DNA from: an uncultured Bdellovibrionales bacterium
Lineage (GTDB): Bacteria > Patescibacteriota > Minisyncoccia > Moranbacterales > UBA1568
Direction of reading: 5' to 3'
DNA: 64,000 bases
NCBI GenBank assembly: GCA_964384235.1
Contig: CAYLJX010000001.1
Coordinates: 169,110 to 233,109 of the forward strand
A program made the translations under genes and the position numbers. The notes under the pieces were generated by a model. That model saw nothing but the letters and a program-made list of their open reading frames with translations, was not told where the DNA came from and searched no databases. This document shows positions 1-8,786 of the stretch, piece after piece; position 1 is the first letter of the stretch; each line of letters begins with the position of its first letter.

Positions 1-5
1 CGAGA

Positions 6-1721
6 GTGTTCAGTCTGACGATTTCCGAGGGAGAGCACTATCGGGAAGTAGCCGAGCGCAACAGCCTCCGGCGGCTCGTCATCCCGGCGCCGCGAGGCAT
101 CCTGTATGACCGCTTCGGCAAGCCCCTGGTGCGGAACGTCCCGAGCACGGACGCGATCCTGGTGCCGGCGGACGTCCCGGCGGACGAGGCGAGGGTCGGA
201 ACTATCAAGGAAACGCTTCGGACGACGTTTCATCTGGAAGGCGGGATGCTCGATGAGCTCTTTGACAGGATCGATCGTCAATCGGTCAATCCGATCCTTC
301 TCAAGGAACGTGTCGATCAGGAGGAGATGCTGGTATTCCTGGGGCGCAGTCGCGAGCTTCCGGGCATACGTCTCTTTCAGACGACGCATCGCGAATATAC
401 CGATAGCCTCATCTTCTCTCATATTCTCGGATATGAGGGCAAGATCAAGAAAGAAGAACTGGCGGAACACCCGGACTATCTTCTGACGGATTCCATCGGC
501 AAGCAGGGGGTGGAAAAGAGTTACGAGTCGGCGCTTCGCGGCACGCACGGATTTCAGCAGGTCGAGGTGGACTCGCTCGGTCAGGTGAAGAAGGAGCTCG
601 GCATCATACAGCCGAAGACTGGGAACGACCTCATTCTCAACATCGATGCCGACCTACAGAAAAAGACCTTCGATACGCTCCAGTCGCTCCTTGAAAAACA
701 GGATCTCAAGAGCGCGGCGGCCATCGCGATCGATCCCAGGGACGGGTCGGTCCTGTCGCTTGTCAGTCTGCCGAGTTTCGACAACAATCTCTTCGCCCAA
801 GGGATCTCCTCGGAGGATTACCGGGGACTGGTGAACGATGCGGCGAAACCACTCTTCAACCGGGCGATCGCCGGCGAGTACCCGCCCGGTTCGACGATCA
901 AGCCGGTGATGGCGGTCGCGGCCCTTTCGGAAGGAGTGGTGACAGAGCATACGGAGATCGAGAGTAGGGGGGGTATCAGTATCGGCAAGTTCTTCTTCGG
1001 CGACTGGAAGGCACACGGTTTCACGGATATCCGGCGGGCGATCGCGGTGTCGAGCGACGTGTATTTCTACTCGGTCGGCGGGGGATACGGCGGTATCCGG
1101 GGACTCGGAATGGAACGGATGAAGGAATACGAGAACCGTTTCGGGTACGGGGAAAAGACCGGTATCGACCTGCCTGGTGAGGCGGACGGCTTCCTGCCCG
1201 ATCCGGAATGGAAGAAGGCGAAGATCGGCGAGCGTTGGTATATCGGTGACGACTACCATGCGGCCATCGGGCAGGGATTCGTCACGGCGACCCCTCTGCA
1301 GATCGTCAATTCCATCGCCGCCATCGCGAACGGCGGGACGCTCTATGCGCCCCGGCTGGTTTCCCAGGTCCGTTCTCCCGACGGCAAGGTGATTCCCGTT
1401 CCTCAGACGGTTCTTCGTAAGGACTTCGCCGATGCGAATATCCTTCGCATCGTCCGCGAAGGCATGCGCGAGACCGTGACGGAAGGGACGGCTCAGCCGC
1501 TCAACAGTCTTTCCGTCGAGGTGGCCGGCAAGACCGGAACAGCCCAGTTCGGCAATGAGAACAAGACGCACGGATGGTTCGTGTCGTTCGCGCCTTTTGA
1601 CAAGCCGCGGATCGCCATGATCGTCCTGGTTGAGGGGCAGGGTGAGGAGGGATACAATGCCGTCCCGGTGACGAAAGAAGTGTATGAGTGGTATTTTTCC
1701 CGTCCTGATACTGCAAATTGA
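6..1721 (+). CDS. mrdA: Penicillin-binding protein 2, probably 5'-truncated by the window edge
   Basis: PBP dimerisation motif APRGILYDR; transpeptidase motifs STIK, SSD and KTGTAQ. Confidence 0.92.
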   Translation: MFSLTISEGEHYREVAERNSLRRLVIPAPRGILYDRFGKPLVRNVPSTDAILVPADVPADEARVGTIKETLRTTFHLEGGMLDELFDRIDRQSVNPILLKERVDQEEMLVFLGRSRELPGIRLFQTTHREYTDSLIFSHILGYEGKIKKEELAEHPDYLLTDSIGKQGVEKSYESALRGTHGFQQVEVDSLGQVKKELGIIQPKTGNDLILNIDADLQKKTFDTLQSLLEKQDLKSAAAIAIDPRDGSVLSLVSLPSFDNNLFAQGISSEDYRGLVNDAAKPLFNRAIAGEYPPGSTIKPVMAVAALSEGVVTEHTEIESRGGISIGKFFFGDWKAHGFTDIRRAIAVSSDVYFYSVGGGYGGIRGLGMERMKEYENRFGYGEKTGIDLPGEADGFLPDPEWKKAKIGERWYIGDDYHAAIGQGFVTATPLQIVNSIAAIANGGTLYAPRLVSQVRSPDGKVIPVPQTVLRKDFADANILRIVREGMRETVTEGTAQPLNSLSVEVAGKTGTAQFGNENKTHGWFVSFAPFDKPRIAMIVLVEGQGEEGYNAVPVTKEVYEWYFSRPDTAN

Positions 1722-1858
1722 GGCTTGTATAAGGGATAAAAAAGCTATTGACAAGGTGGGGCGTTCTGGTAATATGGAGGGGACCTAATCACTCTGAATA
1801 CTCATGCGCTGCTTTTTTGGAAAGCGGTTTTTCTTTTAAGAAAATTACACAAAAGCCT

Positions 1859-2314
1859 ATGGCACGGATTTTTACCGAAGAAGGATTGAAAAAGCTCCAT
1901 GCGGAGCTCGAGGATCGCAAGACCCGTCTCCGTCAGGAGATCGCCGAGTCCATCAAGGAGGCCAAGGAACAGGGAGACCTCTCCGAGAACGCCGAGTACA
2001 GCGAGGCCAAGCATCACCAGAACGAGAACGAGACGCGCATCGCCGAACTCGAAGGCATGCTCAAGGACTCCGTCGTGGCGGCCAAGGAGAAGCGTACCGG
2101 CACGGTCGGTATCGGTTCCAAGCTCACCGTCAAGGTCGCAGGCAAGGAGATGCATTTCGAGATCGTCGGTTCCAACGAAGTCGATCCGGCCAAGGGGAGG
2201 ATTTCCAACGAGTCTCCGCTCGGCAAGGAGTTCATGGGTAAGGGCAAGGGCGACAAGGTGGAAGTCGCCGCTCCCGCCGGCACCGTGAAGTACGAGATTC
2301 TCTCGGTGGAGTAA
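1859..2314 (+). CDS. greA: Transcription elongation factor GreA
   Basis: GDLSENAEY and ISNESPLG motifs; start moved to ATG at 1859. Confidence 0.96.
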   Translation: MARIFTEEGLKKLHAELEDRKTRLRQEIAESIKEAKEQGDLSENAEYSEAKHHQNENETRIAELEGMLKDSVVAAKEKRTGTVGIGSKLTVKVAGKEMHFEIVGSNEVDPAKGRISNESPLGKEFMGKGKGDKVEVAAPAGTVKYEILSVE

Positions 2315-2340
2315 TATCCACGACAAGATGTGATATCAAG

Positions 2341-2374
2341 GTCCCGGGCTCATCCCGGGACTTTCTTCTTTTTT
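2341..2374 (+). terminator. Intrinsic terminator after greA
   Basis: GTCCCGGG-CTCAT-CCCGGGAC hairpin followed by a T-rich tract. Confidence 0.8.
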
Positions 2375-2420
2375 GGCTTTCCATTGCTTTAAACGGCAGT
2401 ATTCGATACAATAGGACCAT

Positions 2421-3881
2421 ATGCGTGAAGACATTCTGACGACAAAACAAGAAAAGCTCTCCAAGCTCCGCGAGGCGTTTGGCGTTGCCTACCCGGAAAA
2501 GACCGCTCGTACCCACTTGGTCGCCGAGGTGCTTTCGAATTTCGATACGCTCTCGACGGACGGAACGGTCGTAACCATCGTCGGTCGCGTGCGTTCCCTT
2601 CGTATGATGGGCAAGATCGGTTTCGTCCATCTCGAGGACGGGAGCGGCAAGATGCAGATCTTCCTTTCTGAACAGGTCACCGGTGCCGACAGGCTCAAGC
2701 TGTTTACCGATACGATCGAGATCGGGGATTTCGTCGAGGCGACCGGCAAGGTGTTTCTCACCAAGAAGGAAGAAAAGACCGTGGAAGTCTCCGAGTGGAA
2801 GGTTCTCGGCAAATCCATGCGTCCCATCCCGACGGAATATTTCGGTCTGGAAGACGAAGAAGAAAAGCTCCGTCGTCGCTATCTTGATCTCCTGATGAAC
2901 CCGGAGACGCGCGAGCTCTTCGTGAAGAAGAACCTCTTCTGGCAGACGGTGCGGACGCTCCTTGCCAATGAGAAGTTTCTCGAGGTGCAGACACCGGTTC
3001 TGGAGCACATTCCGGGTGGAGCCGAGGCGGAACCGTTTACGACCCACCACAATGCCCTCGATCAGGATTTCTATCTGCGCATCTCGCTCGAACTCTCGCT
3101 CAAGCGTCTTCTCGTCGGCGGGTACGAGCGCGTGTTCGAAATCGGTCGCGTCTTCCGCAACGAAGGCATCGACCGTGAGCACCTGCAGGAGTTCGACCAC
3201 ATGGAATTCTATGCGGCCTACATGGACATGGAGCAGGGGATGGCGCTGGTAGAAAAGATGTACAAGGAAATCGTCCGCTCTGTGACTGACGGCACGATGG
3301 TGACGGAATACGAAGACGAAAAGATCGACTGGAGCAAGCCCTTCCCGCGAGTGGATTATTTCACGGAATTCAAGAAAGAGACCGGTATCGATCTTTCCGA
3401 TGACGTGACAGTTGAGGAAATCAAAAAGAAAGCCGATGAACTCGGCATCAAGTATGAGGCGAACTACGGGTTGGGTCGAATGATCGACACGCTCTACAAA
3501 AAGACCGTGCGTCAGAGGCTCATCCAGCCGTGCTTCCTCGTCGGACACCCGCTTGCGGTCTCGCCGCTCGCCAAGGTCGATCCGACCGATCCGAAAAAAG
3601 TACTCCGTTTCCAGCCAGTCGCCGCAAAGAGCGAGCTCGGGAACGGCTTCGCGGAACTCAATGACCCCGAGGACCAGCGTCGGCGTTTCGAGGAGCAGAT
3701 GAAGCTCCGCGCCGCAGGTGACGCGGAGGGGATGATGCTCGACGAGGATTTCCTCCAGGCCCTCGAATACGGCATGCCGCCGGCCTGCGGCTTCGGCATG
3801 AGCGAGCGCCTCTTCGCCATCCTCATGAACCGTTCCGTCCGCGAAACCGTCATCTTCCCGCCGATGAAGGGGAGGGAGTAG
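2421..3881 (+). CDS. lysS: Lysine--tRNA ligase (class II)
   Basis: OB-fold anticodon domain, RRRYLDL, FRNEG, YGMPPACGFGM..ERL. Confidence 0.97.
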   Translation: MREDILTTKQEKLSKLREAFGVAYPEKTARTHLVAEVLSNFDTLSTDGTVVTIVGRVRSLRMMGKIGFVHLEDGSGKMQIFLSEQVTGADRLKLFTDTIEIGDFVEATGKVFLTKKEEKTVEVSEWKVLGKSMRPIPTEYFGLEDEEEKLRRRYLDLLMNPETRELFVKKNLFWQTVRTLLANEKFLEVQTPVLEHIPGGAEAEPFTTHHNALDQDFYLRISLELSLKRLLVGGYERVFEIGRVFRNEGIDREHLQEFDHMEFYAAYMDMEQGMALVEKMYKEIVRSVTDGTMVTEYEDEKIDWSKPFPRVDYFTEFKKETGIDLSDDVTVEEIKKKADELGIKYEANYGLGRMIDTLYKKTVRQRLIQPCFLVGHPLAVSPLAKVDPTDPKKVLRFQPVAAKSELGNGFAELNDPEDQRRRFEEQMKLRAAGDAEGMMLDEDFLQALEYGMPPACGFGMSERLFAILMNRSVRETVIFPPMKGRE

Positions 3882-4000
3882 GTATTTTGTATCATGTATC
3901 ATGTAGTATGTATGGAGCAGCCTTGCCAGATGTATAAAAATGAATTAGAGTTTCTTATGCTTTCCGTCGCGTAATACACAATACGGTATACGTGATACAA
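3882..4000. repeat. Inverted heptamer tandem repeats (GTATCAT-like / ATGATAC-like) flanking the putative tRNA-Val promoter
   Basis: gtatttt-gtatcat-gtatcat-gtagtat at 3882-3909; gtaatac-acaatac-ggtatac-gtgatac at 3971-3998. Confidence 0.7.
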
Positions 4001-4009
4001 ATGAATTTT

Positions 4010-4086
4010 GGACAATTAGCTCAGTTGGTTAGAGCACAGCATTCACATTGCTGGGGTCGCTGGTTCGAATCCAGCATTGTCCACCA
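4010..4086 (+). tRNA. tRNA-Val(CAC)
   Basis: Cloverleaf GGACAAT/ATTGTCC; anticodon arm CAGCA-TTCACAT-TGCTG; TTCGAAT T-loop; encoded CCA. Confidence 0.96.
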
Positions 4087-4100
4087 TTTTTTGAAGAAGT

Positions 4101-4619
4101 ATGACGCTTGAGGAATATCGGTTCGAGCGGGCGGTTAAGGGATGGAATATCTTTTTCTCGTTTCTCTTTGCCATACTTCTGGTTCTTGGTATCCTCTTCT
4201 TGCAGAAGACCGATACGCTTCCGGACAAGGTCGATCTCTTTGATTTCTCTCTCCTTATCCTTGCGACGTTTCGTCTCATCCGACTCTTCGTTTACGACCA
4301 CATCACGCTTTTCATCCGGGAGTGGTTCATGGACCGGCACGTGGTGAAGTATCTGGAGGAGGGCGGTGTAGCCGACATCTCGTTCGTTCCGTCCAAGAAT
4401 CCTCTCAAGGCGACCGTTTCCAAACTGCTCGGCTGCCCATGGTGCCTCGGCGTGTGGATCGCCGCCGCGGTGACGCTTCTCTACTTTGCGTTTCCGGAAT
4501 TTTGGATCGTTTTCTTCGTGCTCGCCATCGCCGGCGTCGCAAGCTTCCTCCAGATTCTCGTCAACCTCATCGGCTGGAGCGCCGAGAGGAAGAAACAAGA
4601 GGCACAAAAGGAAATGTGA
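4101..4619 (+). CDS. DUF1360-family membrane protein
   Basis: LATFRLIRLFVYDHIT and CPWCLGVW motifs; several TM segments. Confidence 0.8.
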   Translation: MTLEEYRFERAVKGWNIFFSFLFAILLVLGILFLQKTDTLPDKVDLFDFSLLILATFRLIRLFVYDHITLFIREWFMDRHVVKYLEEGGVADISFVPSKNPLKATVSKLLGCPWCLGVWIAAAVTLLYFAFPEFWIVFFVLAIAGVASFLQILVNLIGWSAERKKQEAQKEM

Positions 4620-4620
4620 T

Positions 4621-5115
4621 ATGCGTACCATTCGCAAGGAAGAAAAATATCCGTTGGCGCTCCTTGAGACATATCTGTCGGTGGTCGAAAAGAGTGTCGG
4701 ATCGGAAATGTTTCGTACGCTCTATGTCCGCAAGGGGAGGAGACTCGTCGATGTCATCGATAACGGCGATTTGGCCTGTGCGTACTTTGTCTCGGCGATC
4801 CTGCACCTTTTCGGTCTCATCAGAGGGGGTGTCCACACGACCGTCAAGGAAACGGAGCGCGACATGATAGCTTCCGGATGGGAACGGATCGCTCGTCCGA
4901 AGAAGGGGTGTATCATCTTCTGGACATGGAAGATGGGAACGGACGGCGCGCCGCATCGCCATCTCGGATTTTATATGGGGAAGGACGAGGCTATAAGTAA
5001 CAGTTCCGAGCACAAAGTGCCGACGCGGCACCACTTCACTTACGGAAAAGAAAAGGGCAAACCGGCAAGAAAAATCGAAGCCCTCTACTCCCATCCCCGC
5101 CTGTCTGAACGCTGA
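4621..5115 (+). CDS. Hypothetical protein, NlpC/P60- or CHAP-like Cys-His fold
   Basis: LACAYFVS...GCIIFW...HLGFY pattern; ATG lies one base past the upstream stop codon. Confidence 0.5.
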   Translation: MRTIRKEEKYPLALLETYLSVVEKSVGSEMFRTLYVRKGRRLVDVIDNGDLACAYFVSAILHLFGLIRGGVHTTVKETERDMIASGWERIARPKKGCIIFWTWKMGTDGAPHRHLGFYMGKDEAISNSSEHKVPTRHHFTYGKEKGKPARKIEALYSHPRLSER

Positions 5116-5118
5116 CCT

Positions 5119-5147
5119 TTGCCGTTTTTCCGTAAAAACGCTACACT
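5119..5147 (+). promoter_or_regulatory. Putative sigma70 promoter of serS
   Basis: TTGCCG-N17-TACACT. Confidence 0.55.
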
Positions 5148-5172
5148 GAAGACTGTTTGAAGCTAAGAAGCT

Positions 5173-5301
5173 ATGCCCGGTAGTAGAACTTCGACCGAGC
5201 ACTCAGAACTGTTACAAAAAGGGAGATATTTTCGATAAAGCAAGAATTAATTCAACTTCCTCGATTTCAGGAGAGATTGTCGAAGTTTCACTACCGGGTA
5301 T
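5173..5301 (+). promoter_or_regulatory. Structured serS leader with a 21-aa uORF (5173-5238)
   Basis: ATGCCCGGTAGTAGAACTTCGAC pairs with GTCGAAGTTTCACTACCGGGTAT, which overlaps the serS ATG. Confidence 0.6.
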
Positions 5302-6625
5302 GCTCGATATCCAATTCATCCGTGAGAACCAGGACGCCGTCCGGAAGGCCGCTGCCGATAAGGGGTTGGATTTCGATCTGGCTACTCTCTTGGCTACGGA
5401 TCAGCAGCGAGTCGCACTTCTCCAGGAGATCGAAGAATTGAAGTCTCTCAAAAACGACATCAACGATCTCATCCAACAGACCAAGACGCAGGAAGAGCGA
5501 GATGAGATCATCATGAAGGGCAAGGAGATCAAGGCCAAGCTCGATGAACGGGAACCGCAGTTCACGGCGGTGAAGCGTACCTATGATGCCTTGATGGCCC
5601 AGGTGCCCAACATCCCATCCGAAGACACGCCCGTCGGGAAGAGCGACGCGGAAAACAAGGAAGTCTACGTCTCCGGTCCGGTGCCGACGTTCGAGTTCAC
5701 GCCGCGCACGCACATCGAACTCGGGAAGATGCTCGATATCCTCGATCTGGAACGAGGTGCCAAGGTGTCCGGCTATCGCGGCTACTACCTCAAGAACGAA
5801 GGCGCTCTCCTCGTCATGGGACTGATGAGCTATGCGCTCCAGAAGATGGTGGCCAAAGGTTACACGCCCATGATTCCGCCGACCTTGGTGAAATCTTTTC
5901 CGCTTTTCGGGAGCGGCTACTTCAAGGGTCTCGAGTATAACGGCGAGGTGGACGAGATCTACCAGGTCGCGACCTCTGACAAGGAAGCGGACGGCAGCAT
6001 GAGCAAGGAGCAGAAATTCCTCGTTGGGACCGCCGAACCGTCGCTCCTCTCATACTATTCCGGCGAGATCCTGGAGGAAAAGGATCTGCCGCTGCGACTC
6101 GCGGGATACAGCCAGTGCTATAGAAGCGAAATCGGTTCCTACGGCAAGGATACCAAGGGCATGTACCGCGTGCATGAGTTCATGAAGGTGGAACAGGTGG
6201 TGATCGCGCCGACGGATCTCGAGCTCGTCGACAGGCTGCAGGAAGAGATGATCGGTATTTCGGAGGAGATGCACCGGGAGCTTGGCCTTTCCTATCGCAA
6301 GATCCAGATCTGCACCGGGGACATGAGCGCCGGCAAGTACCGCGCGTTCGATCTGGAGGCCTGGATGCCCGGGATGAACCGCTACGGCGAGACCGGATCA
6401 GCCTCGAACTTTCTCGATTGGCAGGCGAGGCGTCTCAACGTCAAATACAAGGACGCCAAGACCGGCGAGAAGAAGTATGCCTATCTTCTCAACAACACCG
6501 CGCTCCCGAGTCCGCGCATCTTCATCGCCATCCTCGAGAATTACCAGCGCGCCGACGGTTCGGTCGTCATCCCGGAAGTCCTCCATCCCTTCGTCGGGAA
6601 GGAACTGATCGAACCGAAGAAGTGA
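5300..6625 (+). CDS. serS: Serine--tRNA ligase
   Basis: MLDIQFIR N-terminus, coiled-coil arm, GTAE, YRVHEFMKVE, LENYQRADG. Confidence 0.97.
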   Translation: MLDIQFIRENQDAVRKAAADKGLDFDLATLLATDQQRVALLQEIEELKSLKNDINDLIQQTKTQEERDEIIMKGKEIKAKLDEREPQFTAVKRTYDALMAQVPNIPSEDTPVGKSDAENKEVYVSGPVPTFEFTPRTHIELGKMLDILDLERGAKVSGYRGYYLKNEGALLVMGLMSYALQKMVAKGYTPMIPPTLVKSFPLFGSGYFKGLEYNGEVDEIYQVATSDKEADGSMSKEQKFLVGTAEPSLLSYYSGEILEEKDLPLRLAGYSQCYRSEIGSYGKDTKGMYRVHEFMKVEQVVIAPTDLELVDRLQEEMIGISEEMHRELGLSYRKIQICTGDMSAGKYRAFDLEAWMPGMNRYGETGSASNFLDWQARRLNVKYKDAKTGEKKYAYLLNNTALPSPRIFIAILENYQRADGSVVIPEVLHPFVGKELIEPKK

Positions 6626-6656
6626 TGAATAGGGAAGTGTGAGATATGAGATACGA

Positions 6657-6686
6657 AAAAGACCCCGAAAGAGGGTCTTTTATTTT
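6657..6686. terminator. Bidirectional terminator between serS and the tRNA-Lys unit
   Basis: AAAAGACCC-CGAAAGA-GGGTCTTTT with A/T flanks. Confidence 0.75.
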
Positions 6687-6824
6687 GGTGGGTCGTGCAG
6701 GGATCTCACTACTCGGCCTTCGGCCTGCGTTCTGAGAACCCACGGTTCTCAGCGCTTCGCTGCTCTCCCCCTACGGGAAAACAGATGTTTTCCCGACCCC
6801 TTTCTTGTTCGCTCCCTGCACGAC
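6686..6824 (-). repeat. Family C structured element, copy 1 (tRNA-Lys-associated; ends in a tRNA 3' copy with CCA)
   Basis: Core shared with 52040-52186; termini GTCGTGCAGGGA...GATCCCTGCACGACCCACCA. Confidence 0.85.
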
Positions 6825-6872
6825 TATAATCTGAAAGCCTCCCTGACAGGGAGGCTCTCACGGATTACAATG

Positions 6873-6945
6873 TGGGTCGTGCAGGGATCGAACCTGCGAC
6901 CGTTGGCTTAAAAGGCCACTGCTCTACCGACTGAGCTAACGACCC
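6873..6945 (-). tRNA. tRNA-Lys(TTT)
   Basis: GGGTCGT/ACGACCC acceptor stem; anticodon loop CTTTTAA; no encoded CCA. Confidence 0.96.
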
Positions 6946-7029
6946 GAAACATAACGTGTCTATTCTAAAAAATTTATAGCAAGAAGTCAATTATTTTGCT
7001 ACAATACGGGCATATCAGTCAATCTCTCT

Positions 7030-8091
7030 ATGCTTAAAAAACTCTTGGCGGTCGTGGGGGGAAGCGTCCTGTTATCCGGTTGCAGTCTCAGCGTGCCGGT
7101 GCCGGGAGGGGGAGGTGGAGGGAGTCTCTGGAAATCCTCCGATGCGGGCAAGACGTTCGAGCCCAAGGTGACGGTCGATGAGAAGCGCAGGATCACGTCG
7201 GCGGATACGCTTTCCTTCGTCTTTCATCCGACGGATCCGCAGATCATCTACCTGGGAGCGCTCGAGAGCGGCCTTTTCAAGACGACCGACGGAGCTGAGC
7301 ACTGGACGCCGCTCGAATTCCCTCCGACCAAGATCTACGGGCTGACGATCGACCAGCAGAACGGCGACCGGTTGTTCGCGAGCGGTATCTATGAAAAAGT
7401 CGGCAAGATCTACCGGACCGAGGATGCCGGAGCAAATTGGACGGAAGTCTATGCCGAACCGGGACCGGGAAGCGTCATCACGGCACTTGTCTCCCATCCT
7501 GATCGTCCGTCGGTACTTTATGCCGGGACGAGCAACGGCGTCGTCATCAAGAGTGTGGATGCCGGTGTATCATGGGAGAATGTCGCGACAGCCAAAGGAC
7601 CCGTGACCAAGATTCTCATCCCGCGCGGAGCAGGGGAAAAGGTAGTGCTCCTGGTCTTCGGCAAGGGGACGATGGTTTCGGAGAACGGCGGTGGATCCTG
7701 GACGGAACACTTCGCCGCCATATCTCTCCCACAGACAGGGGAGGATACGGCGCCACAACCGGACACCATCTCGAATATCATCACGGATGTCCGTTCCGGT
7801 GCGCTCTATGCCGCCGCCAAGAACGGGGTCTTCCGCAGTCGGGACAGCGGTAAGACGTGGGAGAGTCTTCCGATCATTGAGAGTTCGCGCAAGTTCCCGG
7901 TCCGATCGGTCGCGGTCAATCCGGTGAATGGCAACGAGATCGTCTATGTCTCCGGCGCGACGTTTTACAAGTCCGTCGACGGCGGGACCAACTGGTCGAC
8001 CACGCAGCTCGCTATCGATCGCGGGGTGAGCGTCCTGGAATACCAGCCGGGAGCACCGGACACGCTCTATCTCGGATTGCGGAAATTCTAG
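7030..8091 (+). CDS. Lipoprotein with BNR/Asp-box repeats (Ycf48/VPS10-like beta-propeller)
   Basis: Lipobox LSGC; repeated S/T-x-D-x-G-x-x-W motifs. Confidence 0.85.
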   Translation: MLKKLLAVVGGSVLLSGCSLSVPVPGGGGGGSLWKSSDAGKTFEPKVTVDEKRRITSADTLSFVFHPTDPQIIYLGALESGLFKTTDGAEHWTPLEFPPTKIYGLTIDQQNGDRLFASGIYEKVGKIYRTEDAGANWTEVYAEPGPGSVITALVSHPDRPSVLYAGTSNGVVIKSVDAGVSWENVATAKGPVTKILIPRGAGEKVVLLVFGKGTMVSENGGGSWTEHFAAISLPQTGEDTAPQPDTISNIITDVRSGALYAAAKNGVFRSRDSGKTWESLPIIESSRKFPVRSVAVNPVNGNEIVYVSGATFYKSVDGGTNWSTTQLAIDRGVSVLEYQPGAPDTLYLGLRKF

Positions 8092-8128
8092 CCGACGGAT
8101 ATACTTAAGTGAAGTTAAACGAACACCT

Positions 8129-8686
8129 ATGGTCAAGGAACTGATGGATGCGAAACGGGAAGATTTTGAGAAAGCGGTGGATCACTTTGCCGGCGAGGCG
8201 GCCAAACTGCGCACCGGCCGGGCCAATCCCGCCCTCGTGGAAGGATTGATGGTGGACTACTACGGAACCCGCACACCGCTCAAGCAGATGGCGAGTATCA
8301 CCGTCCCGGAAGCTCGTCAGATCGCCATCTCGCCCTGGGACAAGGGGAGCCTTGCATTGATCGAATCGGCCATCCGGGAGTCCGATCTCGGTCTCAATCC
8401 CGTGAACGACGGGCAGCTTCTTCGTATCACGCTCCCGGCCCTGACCGAAGAGCGGCGCAGGGACCTAGTCAAGGCGCTCAACAGCCGGGCCGAGGAAGGC
8501 CGTATCGCCATCCGTACCATCCGCGAGGAGATCTGGAAAGAGATCCAGGAGATGGAAAAGGAAGGCATGATCGGCGAGGATGACAAGTTCTCCGGCAAGG
8601 ACGAGCTCCAGAAAATCGTCGACGAGTACAACGCCAAGATCGAATCGCTTCGGGAAAAGAAAGAAGAAGAAATACTCACGGTGTAA
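8129..8686 (+). CDS. frr: Ribosome recycling factor
   Basis: LRTGRANP, YYGTRTPL, PALTEERR. Confidence 0.97.
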   Translation: MVKELMDAKREDFEKAVDHFAGEAAKLRTGRANPALVEGLMVDYYGTRTPLKQMASITVPEARQIAISPWDKGSLALIESAIRESDLGLNPVNDGQLLRITLPALTEERRRDLVKALNSRAEEGRIAIRTIREEIWKEIQEMEKEGMIGEDDKFSGKDELQKIVDEYNAKIESLREKKEEEILTV

Positions 8687-8786
8687 GATGATGTATGCTG
8701 TATGAGATATGGATCGTTCAGAAAATAAGGTCTCTGTTTTCGTAAATCATACATCCTGATTCATATCTCATATCTCAACAGACCCT

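Noticed and set aside
654-3902. Long antisense ORFs (654-1754, 2232-3902; likewise 10045-11742, 12047-13753, 42500-43633 and others)
   Set aside because: Shadow frames of GC-rich genes; no motifs or start signals.
5150-5300. T-box riboswitch upstream of serS
   Set aside because: No TGGNACCGCG T-box and no terminator/antiterminator pair.
6686-6872. Prophage or ICE bounded by the tRNA-Lys duplication
   Set aside because: Only about 170 bp lie between the repeats and there is no integrase.
6639-6911. 90-aa ORF (and ORFs 51998-52384, 52061-52249)
   Set aside because: They overlap the tRNA and family C elements and are chance translations.
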